In this document: in pieces, positions 1 to 13,648 of the stretch | Layout: each line of letters opens with the position of its first letter | Position numbering within the stretch: the first letter of the stretch is position 1 | Assembly (NCBI GenBank): GCA_964355365.1 | Contig: CAYHEX010000001.1 | Location: forward strand, 1 to 51,681 | DNA from: an uncultured Solibacteraceae bacterium | GTDB taxonomy: Bacteria > Acidobacteriota > Vicinamibacteria > Vicinamibacterales > SCN-69-37 | Direction of reading: 5' to 3' | Length of the DNA: 51,681 bases | Made by a program: the position numbers and the translations under genes | Notes under the pieces: model-generated | Seen by the model: only the letters and a program-made list of their open reading frames with translations | What the model was told of the DNA's origin: nothing | Database searches by the model: none

Positions 1-520
1 GATCTCGACACGACGGGCGTCCTGACGATTAGAGGGAACGGCGTCGGCAACACGGTGGGTTCGTCGGTGGTCTCGTCGAAATTCGGGCGGAAATCGACAG
101 TGTCCTTGTCGAGGTCCGACATCATGGCTTCGGCGAGCGACTTCAGGCGGGCTTCGGTGTATCGGTAAGCGGCGGGCGGATCACCGTCCACTGAACCAAA
201 ATTGCCCTGGCCATCGACGAGGACGTACCGCATCGCAAAGTCCTGCGCGAGACGGACGAGGGTGTCGTACGCCGACGCGTCGCCGTGCGGATGGTAGTTG
301 CCGATGACTTCGCCGACGATCTTGGCGCATTTGCGGTGGGCGCGGTTCGAGACCAGACCCATCTGGCGCATCGCGAACAACACGCGCCGGTTGGCCGGCT
401 TGAGTCCGTCGCGAACATCAGGCAGCGCTCGTCCAATGATTACGCTCATCGCGTAATCCATGTACGACCGCTTCATTTCATCTTCGATGTTGACCGGAAT
501 GCGATTCGAAAGCTGATCCA

Positions 521-521
<1 letters not shown>
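1..521 (-). CDS. gyrA: DNA gyrase subunit A, N-terminal ~173 codons (runs off left edge of window)
   Basis: Own translation of the reverse strand from ATG at 521-519 gives [51 protein letters not shown]...[22 protein letters not shown]...[23 protein letters not shown], with the active-site Tyr context. The ATG shares one base with the gyrB TGA (TGATG). It is absent from the ORF track because there is no stop codon in the window. Confidence 0.9.
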
Positions 522-4163
<3,642 letters not shown>

Positions 4164-4432
4164 GGGCAGGGCGACCTCACTCTCGAGCCATGTTGATTAA
4201 TCAATAACTAGAAGATCAGAGAACCAAAGAATTATAACAAAAGTAAGGACCTGTTAGTAACTGAAACTATCGAGTTTTCTTGTTTATTTTCAGAGACTTA
4301 GGCTGTGGACGGACCTGTGGGTATCGTCGCGGGTATTCCGTGTGTAAACCGCGGAAAACAGCAGCGCTGGACCCTTCCACAATCCGTCCACAGCCCGGCC
4401 GTCTTCAGGCTGTGGAAAACAGACCGCGGCGT
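4164..4432. other. Candidate oriC module: AT-rich stretch (~4190-4300) plus DnaA-box cluster (4304-4419) in the dnaA-dnaN spacer
   Basis: Region 4190-4300 is far more AT-rich than anything else in the window and contains the 12-bp palindrome TTGATTAATCAA (4193-4204). DnaA-box-like 9-mers: TGTGGACGG 4304, TGTGGGTAT 4316, CCTTCCACA 4373, CCGTCCACA 4384, TGTGGAAAA 4411. Confidence 0.6.
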
Positions 4433-5794
4433 CTATCGAAACGACTCCAACAGGGTGTTGATAAGTGTGTTGAACACCGAATCGTTCTTGCGCAGATCCT
4501 CAACCTTTCGAATGGAGTGAATCACCGTCGAATGGTGCTTTCCCCCAAAACTCCGTCCGATCTCCGGCAGCGACGCATTCGTCAACTGCTTGCAGATATA
4601 CATGGCCACCTGCCGCGGCATCGCAATCGACTTCGAGTTATTTCGAGACTTCAATTCAACCAGCTTCATTTGGTAGTAGTCCGCAACGAACTTCTGGATC
4701 ATGTCGATCGTCACCGCGCGATCGTCATGGCTCAACACATCCCGGAGCACTTCCTGGGCCAACGCCAACGTCAGGTCGCGACCCGTCAACGATGCGTACG
4801 CCAGGAGCCGAATGAGCGCGCCCTCGAGCTCCCGCACGTTTGACTTGATCCGGCCGGCAATAAACAACGCCACGTTGTCCGCCAGCGGCACGCCCTCAGA
4901 ATCAGCCTTCCGCTTCAAAATCGCGACCTTGGTCTCCAGATCAGGAGACTGAATGTCTGCGATCAAACCCCACTCAAAACGGCTCCGCATGCGTTCTTCG
5001 AGTTCCGCAATCTGATGGGGCGGAACGTCGCTGCTGAGCACGATCTGCTTCTGTGCGTCATGCAACGCATTGAACGTGTGGAAAAACTCCGTCTGTGTCC
5101 GTTCTTTGCCGGCAATAAACTGCACATCGTCCACCAACAACACATCCACAGATCGGTAGCGCTCGCGAAACTCAAGGATGCGGTCGTAGCGCAAGGCGTT
5201 GACGACTTCGTTCATGAACCGCTCGCCGGACACGTAGGTGAGCTTGGTCTGCGCGTTGTGCTTGAGCACGTAGTCGCCGATGGCGTGCATCAAGTGGGTC
5301 TTGCCCAAACCAACCCCACCGTAGATATACAGGGGGTTGTATGAGCGTGACGGCGCTTCAGCCACAGCCCGGCAGGCCGCATGGGCAAATTGATTGGAGG
5401 CGCCAACAATGAACGTGTCGAAGGAATACCGAGGGCTGAGGCCGACAGCGTCGGACGGCAGACGCACGTCGTCAATACTGACAGGCCTCGACTCGGCGGC
5501 CGGTTCCATGTACTCGATCGGAGCCAGCGTCTGGGGAGTGGCACCGTCAGCCGGCACAAACATGACCTGGGCGCCCGCTCGACCGACCTCTGTCAACGCC
5601 TCAGCGATAACCCCGGCGTAATGCCGTGTTAGCCACTCCACGACCGTCTGGCTGGGGACCTGGACCCGCAGACCAGCAACCCCCTCGTCGCTCAGGAGCG
5701 AGGTGCTCTTGAACCACGAATGGTAGGTGTGGGCGTTGACTTTCGTCTCGACCCGGCGGAGAACATCGTCCCAAATAGTTGAAAATAAAGACAC
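4433..5794 (-). CDS. dnaA: Chromosomal replication initiator protein DnaA
   Basis: 453 aa. Walker [17 protein letters not shown]-terminal DNA-binding domain [43 protein letters not shown]. Confidence 0.97.
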   Translation of the reverse strand: MSLFSTIWDDVLRRVETKVNAHTYHSWFKSTSLLSDEGVAGLRVQVPSQTVVEWLTRHYAGVIAEALTEVGRAGAQVMFVPADGATPQTLAPIEYMEPAAESRPVSIDDVRLPSDAVGLSPRYSFDTFIVGASNQFAHAACRAVAEAPSRSYNPLYIYGGVGLGKTHLMHAIGDYVLKHNAQTKLTYVSGERFMNEVVNALRYDRILEFRERYRSVDVLLVDDVQFIAGKERTQTEFFHTFNALHDAQKQIVLSSDVPPHQIAELEERMRSRFEWGLIADIQSPDLETKVAILKRKADSEGVPLADNVALFIAGRIKSNVRELEGALIRLLAYASLTGRDLTLALAQEVLRDVLSHDDRAVTIDMIQKFVADYYQMKLVELKSRNNSKSIAMPRQVAMYICKQLTNASLPEIGRSFGGKHHSTVIHSIRKVEDLRKNDSVFNTLINTLLESFR

Positions 5795-5952
5795 TTACGG
5801 TTTCCACAGTTTTTTCCACAGGTGTGGAAAACTTCCGAAGGTGCGCCGGCCGGGCGGAAGGAAGCCGAATCTACCACAGTTTGAAACCCCGCTGCCGACT
5901 CACTCGGTCGTTGACAGGTTTTCCCTTCCTTCGCTATGCTCGGTTGTTTCCT
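5795..5952. promoter_or_regulatory. Second DnaA-box cluster in the divergent dnaA/rpmH promoter region (possible second half of a bipartite oriC)
   Basis: GTTTCCACA 5800-5808, TTTTCCACA 5812-5820 and TGTGGAAAA 5824-5832. The last two form the inverted repeat TTCCACAggTGTGGAA. A weaker CTACCACAG lies near 5871. Gene orientation switches here. Confidence 0.6.
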
Positions 5953-6093
5953 ATGAAGCGCACCTACCAACCCAATCGTCGTCGGCGTAGCAAGACTCAT
6001 GGTTTTCGCGTGCGAATGAGCACGAAGAATGGCCGGATTGTCCTCGCGCGCCGCCGCGCAAAAGGTCGCAAGCGTCTAACGGTTTCCTCGTAG
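5953..6093 (+). CDS. rpmH: 50S ribosomal protein L34
   Basis: Internal ATG of ORF 5779..6093 gives [46 protein letters not shown] (46 aa), the canonical L34 sequence. Confidence 0.95.
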   Translation: MKRTYQPNRRRRSKTHGFRVRMSTKNGRIVLARRRAKGRKRLTVSS

Positions 6094-6108
6094 CGCGCAC
6101 AGCGCGCG

Positions 6109-6468
6109 GTGTTCATGTCTCAGTCCTTTGGCCGGCACGTCAGGCTGCGCTCACGCGCAGAATTCGTCGCTGTTCAGGATAACGGACGCCGTGTTGCCAG
6201 CCGCCACATGACCTTGTTAGCCCTGCCGAACAGCCATGGCGTCGATCGCCTCGGGGTTGTTGCATCACGACGCCTTGGCGGTGCCGTGATGCGCAATCGC
6301 GCCAAGAGGCGCGTCCGCGAAATGTTCCGCGTCGGGCACCCTGACGTCCCTCAGACCGCCCGTTCGTTTGATATCGTCGTCATCCCGCGTCGCGAGGTGA
6401 CAACTCTTGCGTTTTCTGAGCTCCAATCGGAATTCGATGCCGCGCTCCGTAAACTTCGCTCACGCTGA
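6109..6468 (+). CDS. rnpA: Ribonuclease P protein component
   Basis: 119 aa basic protein immediately after rpmH. RLRSRAEFVAVQDNGRRVASRHMTLL is RnpA-like. Conserved rpmH-rnpA-yidD-yidC synteny. Confidence 0.85.
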   Translation: MFMSQSFGRHVRLRSRAEFVAVQDNGRRVASRHMTLLALPNSHGVDRLGVVASRRLGGAVMRNRAKRRVREMFRVGHPDVPQTARSFDIVVIPRREVTTLAFSELQSEFDAALRKLRSR

Positions 6469-6490
6469 TTCACACCCCGCGTCCCTGACA

Positions 6491-6712
6491 GTGGGCGTCC
6501 GAACGGCATTGGTGTGCGTACATGCGTATCAGTTGCTGCTGGCGCCTTTTGCCGGCGGCGCCTGCCGGTTCTCGCCGTCGTGTTCCGCGTATGCCATCGA
6601 AGCGTTGACGCAACACGGCGTGTGGCGGGGAAGCCGACTGGCGTTGGCCCGTGTTTCTCGCTGTCATCCCTTCGGTTCGTCCGGCGTGGATCCTGTGCCG
6701 CCGGTCGAGTGA
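6491..6712 (+). CDS. yidD: Membrane protein insertion efficiency factor YidD
   Basis: ORF 6407..6712 contains YQLLLAPFAGGACRFSPSCSAYAIEALTQHGVWRGSRLALARVSRCHPF (YidD signature). I place the start at the in-frame GTG 6491 to avoid the overlap with rnpA. The start is uncertain. Confidence 0.85.
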   Translation: MGVRTALVCVHAYQLLLAPFAGGACRFSPSCSAYAIEALTQHGVWRGSRLALARVSRCHPFGSSGVDPVPPVE

Positions 6713-6732
6713 TGTTGAGTCAGACCTAAATT

Positions 6733-8364
6733 ATGGAAAAGCGCGTATTCCTCGCCATCGCTCTGTCGTTACTGGTACTGACCCTGTATCAGACGTTCGT
6801 TGCGCCGCCCCCGCCGGTCACGTCGGCGCCGGCAGCCACCGCGGCCGCAGCTCCCTCGGCGCTGCAGCCAGGTTCGGCAGCGGCGCCCGCGGCTCCGGTC
6901 ACGCCGACGACGACGCTGGTTGCTGATCCGTCAGCACGCGACATCATCGTAGAGACCGAAAGCGTGCAGGCGGTGTTCTCCACACAGGGCGCGGTGTTGA
7001 AGCACTGGCACTTGAAGCACTACACGAACAACTTGGGCGAACCGCTGGATTTGGTGCCGGTGCAAATCCCCGCGTCGATGTCGCGGCCGTTTGCGCTGTC
7101 GACGACGGATGCGGGATTGACGGCAGCCATGGCGTCGGCGATCTATCAGCCAAGCGCCGGCAATCTGTCGCTGGGCGGCAATCCCGGTGTTCTGAGCTTC
7201 GACTACCGCGATGCGACGAGTGGACTGAACGTCCACAAGAGCTTCCACTTTCAGCCGAAGAACCAGCCGTACGTGATCAATGTTGAGGCCACGATTGATG
7301 TGGCCGGCGCGGCCAAGCCCGTCACGATTGACCTCGGCCCGTCCGTGGGGGTCGGCTACAGCGAACAGGGCCGCTATGGGTATCCCAATCAAGCGGTGTT
7401 GTCTCGCGCGGGAAAGGTTGAGCGGCCCGCAACGACGGATCTGCCCGCCACGCCGACGTATGACGGTCCCTTCCGCTTTGCCGGGGTCGGTGATCATTAC
7501 TTTCTGAATGCGGCCCTGCCGGGCGACAAGAGCGTCAAGGTCACGTTCGCTCCCATCGAAGTGCCCGTGCCGTGGACCGACCCCGAGAATCGCAAACGCG
7601 TGTTTATCGGCTTCAGCGTGACATCACCCGGCGCGGCATCGGTCCCGTTCTTTTTCGGCCCCAAGGCGTTTGACATACTCAAAGCCGTCGACGTCGAGTT
7701 GGTCCGCACGATCGACTTTGGGATGTTCGCATTCCTGGTCGTGCCGTTGCTCCAGGCGTTGAAGTGGGTCAACGGCTTCATCGGGAACTACGGTTGGTCG
7801 ATCATCGTGCTGACGATCTTGATCAACGTGGTGTTGTTCCCTTTGCGGCACCGAAGCATGGTGTCGATGAAGAAGATGCAGTCGCTGCAGCCGAAGATCA
7901 AGGTGATTCAGGATCGCTACGCCAAATACAAAGTGACCGATCCGGAACGCCAGAAGATGAACCAGGAAGTGATGGGGCTCTACAAAGAGCACGGCGTGAA
8001 CCCGGCCAGCGGTTGCGTGCCGATGCTCTTGACGCTGCCGATTCTCTTCGCGTTCTACTCACTGCTCGCGATGTCGATCGAGATTCGACATGCGCCGTTT
8101 TTTGGCTATATTCAGGATCTGTCCAGACCCGACCAGTTCTACATCACGCCCGTGTTGATGGGCGCGACGATGTTCTGGCAGCAGCGCATGATGCCGTCGA
8201 CGGCTGATCCGGTGCAGCAGAAGATGTTCCTGTTCATGCCGATCATCTTCACCTTCAGCTTTCTCTGGGCGCCCGCGGGCCTGGTGTTGTACTGGCTGTC
8301 GAGCAATCTGATGGCGATCGGCCAGCAGTACGTGACCAATAGAATGATCGGAGCCAAGAAATGA
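6733..8364 (+). CDS. yidC: Membrane protein insertase YidC
   Basis: 543 aa. N-terminal TM, large periplasmic domain, and C-terminal 60-kDa IMP core LQPKIKVIQDRYAKY...GVNPASGCVPMLLTLPILFAFY. Confidence 0.9.
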   Translation: MEKRVFLAIALSLLVLTLYQTFVAPPPPVTSAPAATAAAAPSALQPGSAAAPAAPVTPTTTLVADPSARDIIVETESVQAVFSTQGAVLKHWHLKHYTNNLGEPLDLVPVQIPASMSRPFALSTTDAGLTAAMASAIYQPSAGNLSLGGNPGVLSFDYRDATSGLNVHKSFHFQPKNQPYVINVEATIDVAGAAKPVTIDLGPSVGVGYSEQGRYGYPNQAVLSRAGKVERPATTDLPATPTYDGPFRFAGVGDHYFLNAALPGDKSVKVTFAPIEVPVPWTDPENRKRVFIGFSVTSPGAASVPFFFGPKAFDILKAVDVELVRTIDFGMFAFLVVPLLQALKWVNGFIGNYGWSIIVLTILINVVLFPLRHRSMVSMKKMQSLQPKIKVIQDRYAKYKVTDPERQKMNQEVMGLYKEHGVNPASGCVPMLLTLPILFAFYSLLAMSIEIRHAPFFGYIQDLSRPDQFYITPVLMGATMFWQQRMMPSTADPVQQKMFLFMPIIFTFSFLWAPAGLVLYWLSSNLMAIGQQYVTNRMIGAKK

Positions 8365-8813
8365 GCGAACTCGACGAACGTGTCATCACCTTTCTTCAGG
8401 ATGTGACTGGCGCGATGGGATTGACCCTTGATGTCGCCACGGAAGAGACACCGGATCATGTTCGGCTCAATCTGACCGGTGATGATGCCGACGTGTTCCT
8501 GCGCCGCAATGGCGAGCCTCTTGACGCCCTCCAGGTGATCGTCAACACGGCGTTTCGCCGGGACGAACGAGGTGACCGCCACTACGTCGTGGACGCGGTC
8601 GGCTTCCGCAAGGATCAGGATGAAGCCCTGCGGACGAACGCCCGCACCTTGGCCGCGAAGGTGCAGGCGAGCGGCGAATCTGAAGAACTGGGTCCCCTGA
8701 ATCCATACGCGCGCCGGATCGTGCACATGGCCGTGTCGGAAAACCCGGCCGTCAGCACCGAGAGCCTCGGCGACGATTTCATGAAAGTTGTCGTCATCTC
8801 TGTGAAACGGTAA
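8361..8813 (+). CDS. jag: Jag/KhpB-like RNA-binding protein (KH + R3H domains)
   Basis: 150 aa. 4-nt overlap with the yidC stop. C-terminal R3H-like RRIVHMAVSENPAVSTESLGDDFMKVVVI. Conserved position after yidC. Confidence 0.8.
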   Translation: MSELDERVITFLQDVTGAMGLTLDVATEETPDHVRLNLTGDDADVFLRRNGEPLDALQVIVNTAFRRDERGDRHYVVDAVGFRKDQDEALRTNARTLAAKVQASGESEELGPLNPYARRIVHMAVSENPAVSTESLGDDFMKVVVISVKR

Positions 8814-8870
8814 CTGCGCCCACGGTGCGCCGCCGTGTGTCGGCCGCGCCGGCGCACGACGGCAGCCCGT

Positions 8871-10238
8871 ATGTTTTCCACTGACGACACCATCGTCGCC
8901 ATCGCGACGCCCGCCGGCCGCGGGGGCCTCGGGGTGATTCGTCTTTCCGGACCGAACGCCGTCAACATTGCCCAGTCGCTGACGCGCACCACGCGTTTCG
9001 ACGCGAGGCGAGCGACGGTCTCGCACGTCGTTGAACCTGTCGACGACCACATCCTTCGGAATGTGGATGAAGTGGTGGTGACCTGGTTTGAGGCGCCCCA
9101 CTCGTACACCGGCGAGGATGTCGTCGAGATCAGCGGACACGGCAGCCTGGTATTGCTCGAGCACATCGTGGCGCTGGCCATTCGCGCCGGCGCGCGGCTG
9201 GCCGAACCTGGCGAATTTACATTGCGTGCGTATCTCAATGGCCGCCTGGATCTGGTGCAGGCGGAGGCGGTTGGTGACCTGATCAACGCGGTGACACCGG
9301 CGCAGGCCCGCGTGGCAATGGATCAACTGGACGGCACCATCACCGGGGCCATCGGTCAGGCGGATGCGTCGCTGTTTGCCCTGATTGCGAAATGCGAAGC
9401 GTCATTGGATTTTCCCGAAGAGGGCTTTCACTTCGTCCAACTCGATGAGATCCGGGACACGCTCGGGCAAGTGGTTGTCGCGTTGAATGCGCTCTTGGCG
9501 ACAGCGGCTCGGGGCCGGTTGATCCGTGAAGGCCGCGTTGTGGCGATGTCGGGGAGACCCAACACGGGAAAGTCGAGTCTGTTCAACGCCCTTCTTGGGA
9601 GGGGCCGAGCGATCGTGACCGAGGTTCCCGGCACGACCCGCGACCTCCTGACGGAACGAGTCGACCTGTCGGGGGTGCCCGTGACCTTGATCGACACGGC
9701 CGGTATTCGGGCGTCTCTGGACCCGATTGAGCGCGAAGGCGTGAGTCGCGCGCGTGCAGCGCGCCTGTCAGCGGAGATTGCTCTGGTTGTTCTGGACGCC
9801 TCGGTTCCACTCACGGATGTCGACCAGCAACTCCTTCTTGAAACCATGTCGGTGCCGCGCGTGATCGCCGTCAACAAGAGCGACTGCGCGGCGGCGTGGA
9901 GTGCCGCCGATCAGTCGTGGTCGGCTGACACGGTCTTGACCTCTGCTTTGACCGGCGACGGGCTTGATGCCCTTCGCGGGCGAATCGTCCGGGAATTGTC
10001 GAGTCACGAACAGTGGCGCGAAACTCCAACGCTGACCAATCTGCGCCACATCACGTTGGTGGAGGCCGCGCACGAAGCGGTGCTGCGCGCGCAGACCGCT
10101 CTTGATTCCGGCGCAACCGAGGAACTCCTTCTGGTGGATCTGCACGACGCACGCAGGCATCTGGAAGAGGTGACCGGGCGTCGGAGCGCCGAAGATCTTC
10201 TCCGCCATATTTTCTCCACGTTCTGTATTGGCAAGTGA
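8871..10238 (+). CDS. mnmE: tRNA modification GTPase MnmE (TrmE)
   Basis: Internal ATG 8871 of ORF 8835..10238 gives [28 protein letters not shown]1 motif [16 protein letters not shown]. Invariant C-terminal FCIGK. Confidence 0.95.
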   Translation: MFSTDDTIVAIATPAGRGGLGVIRLSGPNAVNIAQSLTRTTRFDARRATVSHVVEPVDDHILRNVDEVVVTWFEAPHSYTGEDVVEISGHGSLVLLEHIVALAIRAGARLAEPGEFTLRAYLNGRLDLVQAEAVGDLINAVTPAQARVAMDQLDGTITGAIGQADASLFALIAKCEASLDFPEEGFHFVQLDEIRDTLGQVVVALNALLATAARGRLIREGRVVAMSGRPNTGKSSLFNALLGRGRAIVTEVPGTTRDLLTERVDLSGVPVTLIDTAGIRASLDPIEREGVSRARAARLSAEIALVVLDASVPLTDVDQQLLLETMSVPRVIAVNKSDCAAAWSAADQSWSADTVLTSALTGDGLDALRGRIVRELSSHEQWRETPTLTNLRHITLVEAAHEAVLRAQTALDSGATEELLLVDLHDARRHLEEVTGRRSAEDLLRHIFSTFCIGK

Positions 10239-12082
10239 TGGCTACTCCGGATTTCGACGTCGTCGTCGTAGGAGCTGGCCATGCGGGATGTGAGGCTGCG
10301 TGGGCGGCGGCGCGAATGGGTGCGCGTGTCGGGATTTGCACGATCTCGGCAGACACGGTGGCGCTGATGCCCTGTAACCCGGCGATCGGCGGGACCGCGA
10401 AGGGCCATCTTGTTCGCGAGATCGATGCGCTCGGTGGGTTGATGGGGCTGGCCATTGACGCGACGGGCATCCAGTTCAAGCTGCTCAATCGGAGCCGCGG
10501 ACCCGCGGTCTGGTCGCCCCGGGCTCAGGCGGACAAGCGTCGCTACGGCGCCTGGATCCAGAAACGGTTATCGGCGGAGCCCAACATCACGTGGCTGATT
10601 CGCCGCGCCGGTGCTATTCGCATTGATGGCGGCGAAGTGACGGGCCTCGAGTTCGAGGACGGCGGTTCGGTGTCGTGCCGATCATTGGTCGTCACAACCG
10701 GGACATTTCTCAATGGCCTCCTGCATGTCGGCGATGAGCAGCATCCAGCGGGCCGTACCGGCGAACCGCCGACTGTTGCCCTCGCAGAGTCACTACGCGC
10801 CGTCGGTTTCGAAATGGGCCGATTGAAGACCGGGACACCACCGCGCTTGTCGCGACGGAGCATCGATTTTTCGAATTTCACCGAGGAGCGTGGCGACGAT
10901 CCGATCGTGCCGTTCTCCTTTGTGACTCGGCAGAGCGCGTTGTCGCAGCGGACACAGATCTCCTGCCACGTGCTCTACACGACGGACGACACCCACAATC
11001 TCGTACGGCAACACATCGCCCGATCGCCGCTCTATAACGGCCAGATCCAGGGTGTGGGTCCACGGTACTGCCCGTCATTTGAAGACAAGGTGATGCGCTT
11101 TCCGGACAAGTCACGCCATCAGATCTTCCTCGAGCCTGAAGGACCGGACGTGGACGAGATCTACGTCAATGGGCTCTCCATGAGCCTGCCGCGTGTCGTC
11201 CAGGACGAGATCATCCATGCGTTGCCAGGGCTCGAGTCCGCTGTGGTGCTCCGTCACGCCTATGCGGTCGAGTACGACTTCGTGCAACCGACGGAGTTGA
11301 CGACTGCGCTGGAAGCCAAGCGAGTGCCGGGTCTGTTTCTGGCCGGGCAGATCAATGGCACGTCCGGCTACGAGGAAGCCGCTGCGCAGGGACTGATGGC
11401 CGGAATCAACGCGGTCCAGAGAACCCGGGACAAAGCGCCAGTTGTTATCGGGCGGGACGAGGGATACATCGGGATTCTTGTGGATGATCTGGTGACACAG
11501 GGTTGCGTGGAGCCTTACCGCATGTTCACATCCCGGGCGGAGCATCGATTGGTGTTGCGGATCGACAATGCGGATGTCAGGTTGACGCCGCGGGGCCGGG
11601 TGGTGGGATTGGTCGACGATGAACGATGGGCGGTGCACGAGAATCGGATGCGTCGGCTGGAACGGAATCGGCTCCATGCGAGCGAGACCAGGATCCGGGT
11701 TCGTGATGCCACGATGACCGTTGGCCAGGCGATTGCGCGGCCCGATGTGCCGATGGGGGAGATCGTGGCTTTGGGTGCGGATTTTGTGGTTGATGCAGAG
11801 TTCTCTGCCATTGACCTGGCTACGATCGAGGCCGAATTTCGGTATGAGGGGTATTTGAAGCGAGACGGCGCTCAGTTAATTAGGGTTCGCGCCCAACATG
11901 ATCGCAAAATTCCAATGGATTTTTCGTACGTGGGAATTCCTGGTCTTTCACGCGAAGTGATCGAACGTCTCACCGCGGTCCGACCAACCACAATCGGGCA
12001 GGCTGGCCGGGTCTCTGGAGTGACACCTGCCGCGTTGGCAATTGTGGCGTCTCGGGTGGCTCGAAGGAGTTCGGTGTTCTAA
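10235..12082 (+). CDS. mnmG: tRNA uridine 5-carboxymethylaminomethyl modification enzyme MnmG (GidA)
   Basis: 615 aa. FAD fold [21 protein letters not shown]. GidA core [11 protein letters not shown]. Start is GTG 10235 or ATG 10238, overlapping the mnmE TGA. Confidence 0.97.
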   Translation: MMATPDFDVVVVGAGHAGCEAAWAAARMGARVGICTISADTVALMPCNPAIGGTAKGHLVREIDALGGLMGLAIDATGIQFKLLNRSRGPAVWSPRAQADKRRYGAWIQKRLSAEPNITWLIRRAGAIRIDGGEVTGLEFEDGGSVSCRSLVVTTGTFLNGLLHVGDEQHPAGRTGEPPTVALAESLRAVGFEMGRLKTGTPPRLSRRSIDFSNFTEERGDDPIVPFSFVTRQSALSQRTQISCHVLYTTDDTHNLVRQHIARSPLYNGQIQGVGPRYCPSFEDKVMRFPDKSRHQIFLEPEGPDVDEIYVNGLSMSLPRVVQDEIIHALPGLESAVVLRHAYAVEYDFVQPTELTTALEAKRVPGLFLAGQINGTSGYEEAAAQGLMAGINAVQRTRDKAPVVIGRDEGYIGILVDDLVTQGCVEPYRMFTSRAEHRLVLRIDNADVRLTPRGRVVGLVDDERWAVHENRMRRLERNRLHASETRIRVRDATMTVGQAIARPDVPMGEIVALGADFVVDAEFSAIDLATIEAEFRYEGYLKRDGAQLIRVRAQHDRKIPMDFSYVGIPGLSREVIERLTAVRPTTIGQAGRVSGVTPAALAIVASRVARRSSVF

Positions 12083-12720
12083 TGGTCAATATTTTGACAC
12101 AAACACTAATCTCTGATCGTCTTTCTGCGGCTGGAGTGAGCGGACCATTGAACATCGCTGCTCTTGCCGGGTATGTCGATCTCCTGGTCAAGTGGAACAA
12201 GAAGATCAACCTGACTTCGCTCGACATCGATCCGCTCACGGATGCCGCGATAGACAGGCTGATTGTTGAGCCGGTTATTGCGTCTGGATTCGTTCCAAGG
12301 CCTGATCTCTCCGTTATTGACCTTGGATCAGGCGGTGGATCGCCAGCTATCCCTTTCAAACTCCAAATTACGGATTCTACGATCAGGCTTGTGGAGTCCA
12401 GATCGCGCAAGTGCGCGTTCCTCAGGGAGGCCGTGCGCCATCTCGGTTTGGATCGAGCGAATGTGGAAGAAAGTCGTTTCGAGTTGCTTAACCAGCGCAG
12501 GCATCTGGCTCATTCGGCCGACCTCGTCACGATCAGGGCCGTCAGGGTAGATGACGACCTGGTTGATCTAGTTCGCTGGCTCCTGTCTCCGGGTGGATTG
12601 ATTTTCAGGTTTGCGACGAGCGGGGACACCGCCTTGCCTTCGTGTCTTCGAATTACTGATTCGCATCCACTAATCAGCGGAGTCGAAAGCGAACTCCAGA
12701 TCATCCGCCTCATCTCCTAG
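12082..12720 (+). CDS. rsmG: 16S rRNA (guanine527-N7)-methyltransferase RsmG (GidB)
   Basis: 212 aa. TAATG overlap with mnmG. SAM motif DLGSGGGSPAIPF. Conserved mnmG-rsmG-parAB synteny. Visibly lower GC than its neighbours. Confidence 0.85.
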   Translation: MVNILTQTLISDRLSAAGVSGPLNIAALAGYVDLLVKWNKKINLTSLDIDPLTDAAIDRLIVEPVIASGFVPRPDLSVIDLGSGGGSPAIPFKLQITDSTIRLVESRSRKCAFLREAVRHLGLDRANVEESRFELLNQRRHLAHSADLVTIRAVRVDDDLVDLVRWLLSPGGLIFRFATSGDTALPSCLRITDSHPLISGVESELQIIRLIS

Positions 12721-12748
12721 TTTCAGTCAGCCAATTAGTCTGTCTGTT

Positions 12749-12764
12749 TGTTCCACGTGGAACA
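12749..12764. promoter_or_regulatory. parS centromere-like site (perfect 16-bp palindrome)
   Basis: TGTTCCACGTGGAACA at 12749-12764 matches the parS consensus tGTTNCACGTGAAACa and is perfectly palindromic. It lies 93 bp upstream of parA and is nested between 7-bp inverted arms AGTCAGC (12725-12731) and GCTGACT (12771-12777). Confidence 0.85.
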
Positions 12765-12856
12765 TGAACTGCTGACTTACTTGACCTTGGCTGTTTGTTG
12801 GAGTGAGAATGAGCCGATCGGAAATGGCCAATATTGTATTGGTCTTGTGACCTAAA

Positions 12857-13639
12857 ATGTCTAGAGTTATCAGCATCGCCAACCAAAAAGGCGGCGTCGC
12901 CAAGACCACCACCGCCATCAACCTCGCCTCGTCTCTCGCGCTGGCGAAACAGCGCGTGCTGCTGATCGACATGGATCCGCAGGCCAATCTGACCAGTGGT
13001 ATTGGCCTGAAAGGCCAGGCGGCACCAGGTGGAACCATCTACGACGCGCTCACGGCCAACAGCGTCAACGCGGATGCGTTCGTGCTGCCGACGGCGATTG
13101 ACTACCTCTCTTTGATCCCCGCGGACCGCAACCTCACGGGGGCGGAAATCGAACTCGTCTCGATGCCGGACCGCGAGCGCTGCCTTCGCACCATCACCAA
13201 TGTCCTGCGCAACAAGTTCGACTACGTCTTCATCGACACGCCGCCATCGCTCGGCTTGCTCACGCTGAATTCTCTCGTGGCTGCTGACTCGGTGCTTGTG
13301 CCGTTGAACTGCGAGTACTTCGCCCTCGAGGGCATCGCGGAACTGATGGCGACAATGGAGCGGGTGAAAGCCGCATTCAACCCGGAGTTGACGCTCGAAG
13401 GCGTGCTGCTCACGATGTACGACGAGCGCACGAATCTCGGCCAGCAAGTCAGCGGGAATATCCGGGAGTTCTTCGGGGACAAGGTCTACACCACTGTGAT
13501 TCCACGGAACATTCGTCTCGGCGAGGCGCCGAGTCACGGCGTTCCCGTCATCCTCTACGACGCCCGTTCCCGGGGCGCCGAGGCCTACATTTCACTCGCG
13601 AAAGAGTTTCTCGCTCGCGACCAAGCGGATCGAGCGTAG
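12857..13639 (+). CDS. parA: Chromosome partitioning ATPase ParA/Soj
   Basis: 260 aa. Deviant Walker A ISIANQKGGVAKTTTAINLA. Confidence 0.93.
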   Translation: MSRVISIANQKGGVAKTTTAINLASSLALAKQRVLLIDMDPQANLTSGIGLKGQAAPGGTIYDALTANSVNADAFVLPTAIDYLSLIPADRNLTGAEIELVSMPDRERCLRTITNVLRNKFDYVFIDTPPSLGLLTLNSLVAADSVLVPLNCEYFALEGIAELMATMERVKAAFNPELTLEGVLLTMYDERTNLGQQVSGNIREFFGDKVYTTVIPRNIRLGEAPSHGVPVILYDARSRGAEAYISLAKEFLARDQADRA

Positions 13640-13648
13640 GAGAGACAC

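Noticed and set aside
1-45. The last ~12 codons of the gyrA fragment read [12 protein letters not shown] instead of the near-invariant FPNLLVNGSSGI
   Set aside because: This is at the very edge of the window and no alternative frame restores the motif. It is most likely a contig or clone boundary artefact or a local error. There is too little sequence to argue for an intein or a real variant.
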